This document shows positions 38,501-51,117 of a stretch of DNA of 64,000 bases, in pieces (the stretch's first letter is position 1; every line of letters begins with the position of its first letter). The notes beneath the pieces are model-generated. The model saw nothing but the letters and a program-made list of their open reading frames with translations. It was not told the DNA's origin and made no database searches. Made by a program: the position numbers and the translations under genes. This stretch comes from Catajapyx aquilonaris. Taxonomy: Eukaryota. The stretch covers positions 62,001 to 126,000 of the forward strand of contig KZ538356.1 in NCBI GenBank assembly GCA_000934665.2, read 5' to 3'.

Positions 38501-40250
38501 AAATCTCCCCCCCNCTCCTTCCCACCCCTATTCCCTCCCTGCTCCCCCGCCTCACATCCTCTCTCTCCTAACCTCCTCGGGGCGCAGTGAAAAACGAGCC
38601 ATAAAGCACGTTGCTGCTAACTGCGATTGAAAGCAGATCAACGCGCAATCATCGACCTTTTTATCAGCCACGCCCCCAGGCCGCGACATGTCACGCCGAA
38701 CAAAGATGACCAGTTGGGCCGACAAACTCCATAGCAATTAAATGCGACGGAATCCGATTTCAACGGACATGGATTTGACATCCAGGCAATTTTTTTGTTA
38801 CAAAAATATGCTTTTGGGCCAGGCATCAAAGTTGAAATGGGTTGTTATGTGAAGCTCGGTTAAGTGCGAACTGATGTCACATAGACTTAGGCTATATGTT
38901 GCACCGCAGGACCGAAGATTTACTCTCATTAATTGTTGCCAACAATAAATCTACAATATTATTAAAAACCAGCGTGAAATTTCACCATTGTTGGCGCTGA
39001 ATAAATGTTTACTTTATTCCTAGCAAAAACTGGATGTCCATTAGACGTACAACGTGCCGAATAGAAACTTCAGCTTATACACCCTTTTGCCTCTGTTGAT
39101 TTAAAACCAGCGAAAATATGATCAAATTCTAGACCAAGACTCCAGCAATGCACACAATGGAACAAACACGCCACTGAAGAAAAATGAAGTAGGAGAAGAG
39201 AGGCCAATGGAGTCTGTATCGCGAAAAAGCTTTTGGAGTTGCGGGAAAGGTGGTCCACTCCACTCCATCGTGCTCATCCTCAGCTTTAAAAAAAAATCAT
39301 AAAAAAGAGGAAAGCAGCAAGAAAAGGAAGGAGGGAAGATGGTGGAAGGAGGAGGAGGAGGAGGGAGAAACTCTGCACTTCAATTATCTCATCCGAAAGT
39401 GCGCGGCAACTAATTTCCAGGCTGATCTCGTTCTGGAAAAATGTAATGAGAGCAGGAAGATGGGGCCGCCTCGCACATTACCAGAAAGAGAGACGGGAAT
39501 AATTCCCGCAGAAGAAGCCAGGGGAATAAGAGGAAAAATCTCCAGCTTACTCTATAATTATGTACAATACTGTAGCCTGGAGTGTAAGCTAGAAAGGTTT
39601 TTTTTGTTTTAAAAAAAGAGCCGGGCGATATCTTCTCCAGAGTTTGGGGGGAAAGCAGGAATATTGCTAGATAGTCGCCAAATTAGTATACACGTGCAAA
39701 TTGCTGGCGTTTAACATTTAATAGATGATCTACAATTTTCTTTGCAGAATGTAGGACCAACAAGAACGTGCTCGAAGACAATACAGTTTAATTACGAATC
39801 AGAAAAATATTAATTTTTTGATTCGCAATACAATAACAACAAAACATGGCTGGATATGTTAATATACCTTGGCAAGCAACATTCGTCTGGTTATGCTACA
39901 AGTGCCAACTTAGAGGATCAGGCAGGTACACCATTCAATATTGCAAATATGGTAGAATAATTACGGTATAGGCATGAAGTGATGAGGGCAAGAGAGGCGG
40001 GGGGGAGAGAAAAGCGGAATCGAGTGAGTGGAAGTGGAATTGCGAGTTAATTTGGGGCCCATTTGGCAGGGATGCAAGACGTAAACACGGTAAGCGGCTT
40101 AGCGCCACCCACTCCATAGTCCGCCGGATATAACTAACTATAATTCGCAATTAATGAGCTCGCAAGCCAATGGAGAGCGGAAATGACCCTCACTGTTTTG
40201 CAAAGCGGCATCCAGCCGGGTCGCAGAGGGGAGAAACGACTAGATCCAAA

Positions 40251-40272
40251 AGAGAGAGAGAGAGAGAGAGAG
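40251..40272. repeat. (AG)n microsatellite
   Basis: Perfect dinucleotide run. Confidence 0.9.
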
Positions 40273-43200
40273 AAGAGAGTGTAGAATAAGAACAGTTACA
40301 AAAAGAGAACAAACAAACGGCGAGGAAGTCATTCCAGCGGCATCCATCTTCATCTCTTCTCCTAATTACTCTTATCTCCACGTCCTCCAATGAGGAGTGG
40401 AAAAAAAAATCGCGCTCGATGGGAATGGTCCTTCACGTCGCAAGTGTATGCTCAACCCATTATGAAACGCAAGGTATAGGGAAAAATCACAAATCCCTTC
40501 CAAAGTAGCTTAAAACGAGCGGTAGCCATTTTTAAAAGTTGCGAATATTTTTTGTAGAGAGGGGGGTATGGCCGGCTTATTACTATTCAGCGTGGGAAAC
40601 AAGTAGTGATTAATTGAATGGCGACAGGATGTGACGTTGGAAACAAATCCCTTCAGCAGCAGAAGCGTCTTTTAATATTTCAGTCACGTTGACACTTCCC
40701 CCGGTACCGTAACAATGCAACCAGAGCCATGGCTTTCACAAGAGTCCTCCCCCACCCTCAACACATTTGGTGCATTGTTTGGAAATGGCTGCTTCTCCGA
40801 AGCCTATGAACAGAGCTTTTCAAAATGCGAATTCCGAAGCAGTCAGCCTGACCTACTCAAGCACTAATCTCTCGCCTGCACATATTCACGCAAAAATTCG
40901 TGTTTTTCTACCTGGAATAATCCTCCAATCCACTGAACCGCGATCCTCCTCATTAGCAGGTGCAAAATTTACGTCAAACGAAATTCGCAATTTAGGGCTC
41001 GCTCCAGTACTTACATGCACTAGTTACCCCACATGCCAGGTGACAAAACTCGGAGAATAAATTCCCATCTTTACGCTACAAGTTCAACGAGCTGACTGAA
41101 AGGAACCACTAGTAATAACCACCGATAAGATAGAGAGCAGCGGGGGACGTTTAGAATACTGTACATTTACAGTCTGCAATGTAGGTGCTCGCCCGAGTGA
41201 GTCATTTCCCTACGTAATTTCCTTCGGAACAGAGTTTGAAGTGGAAGGGCACGAGACCGTCTTTTCTGCAGCCAGAGGGTACATTTCCGGTCCTTCTTGC
41301 ACCTCCCAGCAGAGACACGGTAGATACACACACACACATTAGTATCACGTATGTAGAGGCTATCGCCACTATGCCTAAAATTCCGGCGCGGCCTCCAGCA
41401 CCATTTTGGCAACCGCGATTTTTAGAGTACACCAGAGCGGTGGAGTAATAATAACAATCATGAATGGATGGATAAAACGTAAATGAACTCGAGCACGTAA
41501 TCAATTCACAGTACCGTACACAGCGCCAGCATCAATCAACGTCGAAACTGCAACTCACCTGCGGAAGAGAAAATACCACATGAGATTGAATTGCCCAAAG
41601 GCAACGTAACTTATACGCAGCCTGGAGGAAAGTTATCCACATTGCTCACAGAAGTGAATGTTTCGGCGAATCAACTTTGAACGAGACCAAGATAAAGAAA
41701 GCGACTTAATGTATTTTCCAATGCAATTGCCAAAAACTTATTGCCATAGGAGGCAATAAAAACACTCTGCTGCCTTTATACCGCTTGCGAGCAGCGGAGA
41801 CAATTTCCAAAACGGGGAATACGCGCCCAAATGGATTCGCTCACTCAAACCGATTCTAATTTCTCCGGCGCTTCTTTTATGCCCGCCTCATGTCTCCCCT
41901 TTCCTTCGCCTCCTCCTCCTCCTCCTCCCTTCCATTTCTTTACTTCCTCCTGAAGCATGTGCAGCAAATCTACGGGCCTCTTGCATTTATTCTGCCCCTC
42001 AATTTCCCATGGGTAACAAGCCTCTGCACTTCTCTGTACTCTGGATGCACCCCCAGGTCAACCCTCAACCAGCCACCAAGACAGGTTTTAAAGCAGGATA
42101 TTTTTTGATTTAAAACTGTACAGGTTAGGCAAAACCACACAATAATAGTATATTATAAAACGCAAATCTTAACGACCTTAATTTTTCTCCAAATATAATA
42201 AATGCATGGGGTGTAGTTAGAACAAATTTAGTACTGTGGTAGAAAATCTTGGAATATTGACAGTCTACTAGCAAAAATCCGAAATGCGAAAAATTGTCCT
42301 CAGTTGCAATCCGCACAGAAAAGTTCCGAACAAAAATAATGAATATTATACGTACTCCAGCAAAAAAGCCATCTCCCTCGCCGCATGCATGCCCACTGCC
42401 CAGCCCATGGCTGCTATTTGCAGAAATATTTATTTAAAAAAATGTCCATGTATGCACAAAGCATACGTGGCCTCATGTTTATCCTCTCAGTGGGGGGGGG
42501 GGGGGGAAACACTCTCCATTGTTACCAACTTCCCTTTACTTATTTTTATAACAATTACAGTACTGAAAACGTGTCATTATTTCTCTTCATATGCTTTCCA
42601 GTACAGGGTGCTCTTATTTCCAACCGTTATAATCGAGTACACTGTGTACGTGTGTACAGCACAGTACATTAACGTCAAGATGTACACCAAGGTTATTGAG
42701 AAATGTGTGAAAGCGAGTCATGTCGCAACTTCAACCTCGCCCGAACTACGTGTTTGTTGTCTGCTTGGCCTGTTTCGCTCAACTTTTCCCCCTGCCAACT
42801 AACCCTGCACTGTTTCCTATACAACATACACATACATTTTGTCCTCCCCACACCCACCCACCCACCCAAATAAAATCTCAAAACCCTGCATTTCGTTTTG
42901 GCCGACCACCAACCTGCTGGCTACAACTATAAATTCCTCTGCTTTGTGTTCATCACTTTTGTGCGCTCATTTTTAACTCGGCAATCTTTATGCTAATTTC
43001 CAAGCGAGGAAAGAGAGGAAAAGTGGGCGGGGGGGGGGGGGGTTAGGGCGGACAGAGAGGGGGGCAAACATTTTCTCTGAGGGCACATGACCAAGGGCCC
43101 GCCCAGCTAATTCCGCCAATGTTTACTTTGCGCATCCATTATTTGCTGCTCGTTCCATAAGGGAAACACAGGCCGCGGCCATTTCCAACTGCGCCTCTCT

Positions 43201-46200
43201 CGCTCACACCTTCTATATTACAGGTACTAGTAGCTCTGCTAACTACTCTATTCTCGGCCTTATTCCTTCCTTCAACCATTCCACTTCAAATCTCCACAAT
43301 TTCGCAGGGGAACACTCATTTATTCACAATACCAACCCTCTTTGTCTCTGTGAGAGCGACTTTAGTTCCAAGTGGAAGGGTGACAAAAGGATGACTTGTG
43401 ACGGCTGAACCAACTCGGGTAATGTAATTCGCCCAATTTGTCCAAGGTCTGTGATGAAAAATACTTGGGTATGAGCTAGATGATATGCATATGGATAAGG
43501 TTCCAGTAATGAATGTGTAAAGTTGAGTGGTACGACCCTCTTGAGAAATAAAATGTAAATATATAGAGTTCTAGCGTGACATCAGTTATATAAGTGTATC
43601 GCTCTAGATTGCGTCTCACAAAGCACATTGTGTATATCGATTGTCACATATCCATTTCGATTTAAAAAATTAACAAAATTAGGATTTTCAGTTCAATATT
43701 ACAGTAAAGCAAGTGTGAATCCACTAATGGATGTTGGTACCCATTGCATTAACCGTCTGGTTCTCAATAATAATGATCAATATTACCATATTTGACTTTA
43801 GCCATTGTGAGTCAAACACTTCACTGCACTGTACAATATCGACATGCATATATGCATTAAAGTATGATTCAAATAATTTATGTATTCACCGCGTAGGGCA
43901 ATGAATACTTAACAGCACTAGTCTCTTTTACGTAAGAAGTACTTTTACACTATGTGGTTGAGGTTGAAGTTAATAGACACTGTAAATAGCGAGAGGCAAG
44001 GTGGGCTATGAACTCATTTTGCACGGCTTTTACGCATATTATTACGAGCCTACGGCTACTTTCCAATTCTTCAATATCGACTAGCGTGCTGTTGCATCAC
44101 GGCCCCGCAAGTGTAGCCAAAACTTCCCGTTTACTACTCCGAAAAGCAGTCTAAAACTGGTTTCTTACACCAGTGGCGATTGTCACTTGCAAAAATTTTC
44201 CACGGCCTGCTCTTTCCATCCGAGTGTAATCCGTGTGGGCCATTTTTGTGTGAAATCCATTGTGAGATGAGGCGAGAAAGATAAGGACTTACGCCTGTAT
44301 GGCGCTTGTCTGTGGCGCCTGTAAAACTTGTGTGGTTTAGGAGGCGAGGCAGTCGAGGAAAAGAAAGAAAGAAAAGAAGAGAAAAGAAAGCAGGGCAGCA
44401 GCAGCAGCAGCAGGCAAATCTTTTTGTAGGGGCGCCATCATGCATACATTCATCAGGCTTCTTCTCCCCGCGCAGGTATTACCCAGCAGCCAAATTCAAA
44501 AATTCCACTGAATTTAAAACGAGTTGGGAGAATACTTAATGCCGCTCGAGGGAAAGTCGAGATCTTTGTTTAACACGGGGAGTAGGACGGAATGCATAAG
44601 AGAAGGATGGGGGGGCCAAAGGGCCACAGTCTTCGGACCAAACACCTAGCCGTTGCTCTCTGATTGCCCCGACTCCATAAGAGACTACAGCAAACAGAAG
44701 CCACACGTGTGTACGGACACGCTGAATGATGGACAAACTCGGGGGACACTTGTTACGTCGCAGGCCTGGACCACGAATTGCATACAGGAGAGGACTGGAT
44801 CTTCGATTGCGAACTTGGTCAGTGCATAACACAAGTGAGTGTACCTGCTGGGCGGGTGTGGCACATAAAATTGATGATATGTTACAGAATCATGGCCTGA
44901 CGCAATAATACTCAGTGGAAATAACTGCATTGCGTGCTAAAAATGCGTTACACAAACGGATGCAGCGGCAAAAAAAAAAAACCTGCAGATGACCGCACTT
45001 TGTAACCCTACAAAAGTGCGCTGTTCACTACAACCGAGTTCCTATATAATTTGACACGGAAGCAGCAAAAGTCACGCAAATGAGTACTACCTGCGGTCGA
45101 GCAATAATGTTCCTTCCAGAACATCCTTATTTTTTGGAGGGTTGTGATGACTGCAGATGAGCCGTGTTCAGACGAGATGATAAGACCAAAAGAGAATTGT
45201 GGAAGTGGGCGTCCCTCATTCAGCCTTGGTGGAATGAAAAAGGCTGAGCCCTATACATACATACGTATACCTTGATGGCGGCTGGTCTGAATTTAGCCCT
45301 CGCTATCTGGCCTGTGGTTAAGTGGCCATTGTGCGGAAATGCACACAAACTTGTATCGAATGCGTGCAGCAAAGAGGATGAGAATCTGAGGGCGGGATCC
45401 ATCCGTGCAAGTTAGTATGGCCGCTCATTAGCCGCCACTGAATAAATGAGATTGTTTCTGAGAGCGTGAAGCATGCACTTTTCATTTTGGGCTCGGGCAA
45501 TATTAACGTGTTTGTGGGGGGGAGGGGATGGGGACGGTGGTTGAAGGGGGTGGGGAAACATACGCCCTTTTCCACCAGCCCTCGGACCACCTATGGCTGG
45601 ACTGACTTCCTAACAACAACATCGCCTATGTGTTCATAACACATTTCCCTGGGTTCACTGTTGTTGGTGATAGTGAGCTTACCAATCGTTCCCATAGAGT
45701 TCAGTCTGAATTTCTCACTTTCAGTGCACACCAGCCAAGTCACGAACCCTTTCGAATACTGTAATCCCGCAATCCAACAATACTTCAATGCAAATAATAA
45801 TCGTAATACTAATACTAATAATACTATACTAATAATAAAACAGTAGGTACAGTATGTTAGCTTGCGGTGAAACTCTGAATCTTACGACATCGACTTGCAT
45901 AATAATATGGTCAAATGGAGTTCACCTCGAAGCTTGAGTGATGTATAGTGGATAACGCGCTTTCTACATGTCTGACCCCCGTATGTAGTATATATGCGGC
46001 ACTATAGCCCAAGAGCTCATTTCATACTCACTCCAATACTGTAAGCTTGCATTATCCTTTGTGATAGGCCTAGAGTAATTATTACTATTTTAAAACCACC
46101 CCATAAAGTATCTGTACATTATGTCGTTAACTACCGCAAAAAGGGGCCTCCCAACTTCGCTTCCGCGCTGGAAAAAGTTCGCAGCAGTCTGTAATACTTC

Positions 46201-49055
46201 TCGTCGCTCTTGTCAACCATAAATGCTGGTTTATAACTCGGTCGCGTCGTAAATCGTAATGCCGGAAGTGTTACTGGACACTTTCAAAGTGCCTAAAGTA
46301 TTAAGTTCAATGTGCTATTGCGAATGTCGGAATAAAATTACGCATTAATCGAATTACCACGTCGCCCTCATATCGGAAGTGCCAAATATTTCAGGCGGTA
46401 CATACGACTGTGTCCGCCACCGCTTATGAGGGTGTTATACCACTTCGCCCAAACCCCACTCGTCCAATTAAATTTGACCGAAAGACACTTCATTTTACGA
46501 AATTCTTTTTAAGGAATCATTTTTAAGTCCCCGACTTGAATAACTGAATCGTCCCGCAACATTACACGTAACTTGTCGAAATTTACGAAACGTGGGACGT
46601 TTTAAAATATTTATTATATAATATACTGTAGTGTACACCTAATATGCATCCATACTGGAGTCAGATTCATATTAAATTGATGCCTTTGAAAACGGGAATG
46701 GGTCCCCCGCGATGTCTGACACTTGCGAACTGAACTATAGGCGGGATGATTCGAGTTGCCACGCGCCGCAATTAAACGTGTCTTCTCGCATTTATCGGTA
46801 TTTTACACTACCACTTTGTTTCGTAGATTTTGTTATATTTTTTATTGCAAAGAAAGTCTTTTGCGCATGTCGAATATTTACGTGAGTCGGAGCTATACGT
46901 AAGTCGGGGACTTGCTGTATACTTTTACGTCGAAAGGACACTGCGTCAAAAAATAAATAAAAATCGTCCAAAGACCTGCACTGCCCGTTGACCATGGGTA
47001 TGGAGGATTTACCTTTCTTACTGATTGAGCATCAACACCCGTTTTACATTGACAACATATGGAAGCACAATATTGATTAGCATTGATTGTTGTCAACAAT
47101 AAACTTAAGAATAGTAAGAATAAATCCTTCATCCATGGTCTCAGTGCTAATCTAGGACGAAATGATGTTTTGGACGCACTGTAGCTTTAGACAAAAATGC
47201 ATATAATCGGATGAAATGTTATGTAACCCTTATTAGACATCCACGATGGAGCACTGCGCAGTTCCACGCACCTGTCTTCACCTACAGCAGCCCAACTCAT
47301 ACACGCACGAAGGTGAGACGCTCATCTGGATTCATCTGAGCAACAAATGAGTCGTTTAAGTCAGGTGGGCGCCAATTAAGAAGAGTAGGCGTCCGCCCGG
47401 GTTTTTCCCTTTCCGGTCCGACTGGCAATTTAACATCGAGACGGTCTTTCTCATCTCGCTTCAAATTTTTAAATTTGGCCCCGCAAATGATTTTTTACGT
47501 CGCATGTAAATTAGTCATAAGCGCCGAGCTTGTTAAGCCCAACTGAATTTACATGCAAGATAAGGATTTGCATAATTGGAATAAGCAGCCCGGATAAGTT
47601 GGTACACAGCAAATTTCATTTCGGCCGGATCAAATAAGACACTAATCACAACTCATTCTTGGCGCTTGTTTGCAGTCCCCGAGAAGCGCGCAATTACACC
47701 GGCCGCATACTCCCAGACCCTCCCACCCCCTCTCCCTAGGCACTTTTAATCACCCCCCAACCCTGATCATTTCTCTCATTTATGTCCCTTCTCTTCAATA
47801 CTCGACTCCTTCACGCGACTATTTTATTAATCGCCGGATTCGCAAAATTCAATTAACCGTGTGTGCATCCGCAACATGGTCGAGTCACATTATTTTGTGG
47901 TTCAGGTTAATTTCCGCCTACCCAGATGATACACACTGTATATGCCTATCACGAGTCCCTATACAGTACCATGGATGCTGCAGCTCCGGCAAACAGGCCC
48001 TCCAAAAACACTTATTAATGAATGTCAAATAATTCGCGGTACACCATTTCTCCAGTGGTATTTGCACGCGACAAGAGCTCCTCCAGGCGTGTGTTGGCTC
48101 TTACAGTGCTGTAATCCAGATTCCAAATCTGCTCTTGAGGTGGCAGTAAGCTGCATGAAGGCGATGTCTACAAAACGCGAGGGAGAGAGAGAGAAGAGCT
48201 GGAGTACATCGCGCACACATGGCACTCACATTATCTGGCCATCAGAGTGAAGAGCTGCACGGCGTAGGTACACAAAGATCCATCTCTCAACAAATCAACA
48301 TTGTGCGGGAGAATTCGCAGATATATTTCCATGGGCAAACAAGAGCTTTCCCCTCCTCCCCCTGCTATCCCCCCCGGTCCCTCCCCCTCCCTTGGCCAAC
48401 TATCCTCAGTGAAATGGAAGCAAACGGGCTATCTCTGTTTGCCCGCCCATGGAAATTATTGTAGGCAAAAGAGAGATGGGAGGGAGAAAAAATATACTGT
48501 GGTGGGCCAGCCTGCGGCCCATTCGCAGCTGCCCTCTCTCCACATATAGTACATACACACACAACGCACATGCCCAACAATCCACCAATGTGTGGCAGCT
48601 GCTAGAATGCATCAGACTTCCTGTCTAATTCGTCAAAAATTATCAATTATGATATTACTACAGGTGAGTATGCCCATAAAGTTAACTGCAAGAAATACCC
48701 CCCAGGTGTCGGACAATTCTGCCACCACTCTTACCACATATAAAAATCAGAATGACGTCAAAGTCGTGAGAAACGAGAGTAACTGGGACCCCCCAAAAAC
48801 AGAATCCGGAAAAAAGAGAGAGGGAGAGTATAGTTGTGTTTGCATAAGCGTGCGGTAATAATGCAAGGCAACCTTTTCCGGCCAATTTGCCTGCTGTGCT
48901 ACACTTTCCCAGAAAGCGGTTTTCACGGATGGCCAGACCTCGGAACGGACTCGCCGCTTTCACGCCTTCCCCTCTCAGCACGCCTTCCATCACGCCTTAT
49001 CCTAAAACTGGGCCTTATTTACCGACAGATGCCAAGGCACAACTGCTCTGGTATC

Positions 49056-49102
49056 TTTCCTTCCTTCTTTCCTTCCTTCCTTCCTTCCTTCCTTCCTTCC
49101 TT
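49056..49102. repeat. (TTCC)n tetranucleotide microsatellite
   Basis: Near-perfect ttcc array. It explains the PSFLPSFL ORFs. Confidence 0.92.
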
Positions 49103-50830
49103 TTCCCTCCAGATTGGCAAAAACATCCGAGTCGAATCAAAGTTTGTTCTTCCCACGCCCACCTGCCCTTTACGTTCGCCACCATGATGTTCGAGATTCC
49201 TCACAAGCTAAAAGCCTGATTCGAGATCGTCTCTAACGGGACCTTTTTTTTTACACTTCCGAATATCGGCCGCCAAAATTACACCTTAGAAAAACAACGT
49301 TGGCTCAACAAAAGGTTGGCTTCTGTTACATCTTTCAGGCTTTACAATTTTTATTGGGTAATTAATAAGACTCACGCAGGCAGATGATTTGCCTGGAGCA
49401 ATTGCCAATAGTTCTGCAACCGCGAGAATTTCTTACAAGTAAATTTTTTTCATACAAGCTGGATATTTTGCTCGATTTTTCGTGATATATTGTCCAAGCA
49501 TGAATTGTATGCATACAATAAGAAACCACTTCCTTCTCCAAGTATCGTCTAAGCTTCTCGGACAATAAGAATTCAATTTAACATATTAGTCACCCTCTAT
49601 CGAGAAAGCTCATGGTTAACCCATGAAAGACGCCTCATAAAAATCCAAAAGCTTTCATCTAGTGTTCCAACTTCCTTTATTCCGACGCCTACTTCCAGCA
49701 ATTCACGGTCTAATTCGCAATCCCTTTGCATAACATAACCGAGGCCTTGTAACTGTACACCGCACGAGTCATGTCGCAGTTCCTTCGGGAGTGATCGGTT
49801 TCAGGCTCGAGTCTGCTGCTGCTGCTGCCCGCGCGATGTCGATGGAGACAGCGGCCATGCAGCAGCGGGGCTAATAGACTAAGTGTCGGGGATCAATAGA
49901 GCTGAGCTTTAGTTGGCAGTAAAGCGGCGTAATGGGCAGCCGCTAACACGCTCATGCCAACCGATGGATGCCAGCACAGCCTCCACGATTTTCTCAAAGT
50001 CGTGGTGACTCTGGACATCCCTTTGTCAGAATCTTTCAGACCCATATCCTGCTGCTTAGTCAACCCACCACAAACACCCATCGCGTGCTTGATCATCGTA
50101 TTACAGAGAGGATATATACATACGATGGAGAAAGGGCGAAATAGACAAGAGACGAGGCTGTTTGAGGCAAAGGTTGGCGTGGAAAAGCTGAATAATTGAC
50201 ACGGAGGTCAAAGACGATTCCATTAAGAGCTAATTAGGCGGGCTCATTAGTCGGCCTGGGATGCTCTCTCTCTCTCTCTCTCCCCTTCACCAGTGCCCCC
50301 CTCCCCCTTTCCACCCGGTATCCTCCTCTCTTCCATGTATTTAGGTAGAGCGGAATACAGCCATGCGCGGATTCTGCACGCTCTATGACCCGGTGCAACC
50401 GAAATCGTATACCAAGGATTATACGGCACGGCATAAGCTGATTTTCAATTCGCCACAACAGTTGAGCAGAAAGGCTACTTATCTCAATTTTTAAGCCATA
50501 CACTCTTGTCGCTGGTTGCACATTGTGCAGTTGCACAGCCACTACTGTATGTGTAATGCGGTGAATGACATACTGACAATCCGAATAAAATATTCACTTG
50601 CATTCTGCATGAGCTCCCCAGCCACTGAATTTCAGGGAAAAAGAGGATATTGTACAGCAACATATAATGCGAAAAATACCACATTCTTCACCATGCCATT
50701 CTTCCATCTCCTATAGGCCCAAATGCGGTACACGAATGACACGTCAGCAACATACTATATAGTCAATGCTGTACACATGCACTCCGAAGCAAAGGTATAT
50801 AAGGGTAACACCTGCATTCTGGGGTTACAC

Positions 50831-51117
50831 CAGCGGTTTTCAACCTATGCCACATCGGGGTCCCTATAGAAAAGTAATCCCCCCCCCTACCCCCATCCAT
50901 CTAGGGCTAGGCACTACTACAACACGACGACTATACTTCACTGCTAAGTATAGTCCACTGAGTAGTTTAGGAATGTACAGAAGTATGATACTGTACTTAC
51001 CTAATCAGTGCAACTTTTGCGCCTGTTTCGAGTCATCTAATTTTTGGATTCGTCCCCCCCCCCCCCCCCCCCCCNCCCCCCTCCAGGGGGGCGCGCCCCA
51101 CCAGTTGAGAACTGCTG
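50831..51117. mobile_element. Non-autonomous hAT (Charlie/MER5-like) MITE, ~287 bp, with 8-bp TSD
   Basis: The left end CAGCGGTTTTCAAC and the reverse complement of the right end CAGCAGTTCTCAAC resemble the hAT-Charlie TIR CAGTGGTTCTCAAC. The flanks ggttacac (50823-50830) and agttacac (51118-51125) match at 7 of 8 positions. Subterminal C-rich runs, no ORF. Confidence 0.85.

Noticed and set aside
34959..40598. Su(H)/CSL sites (YGTGGGAA) at ~34959, 35088 and 40591, with more elsewhere
   Set aside because: The count is roughly that expected by chance in 64 kb, and there is no paired-site architecture.
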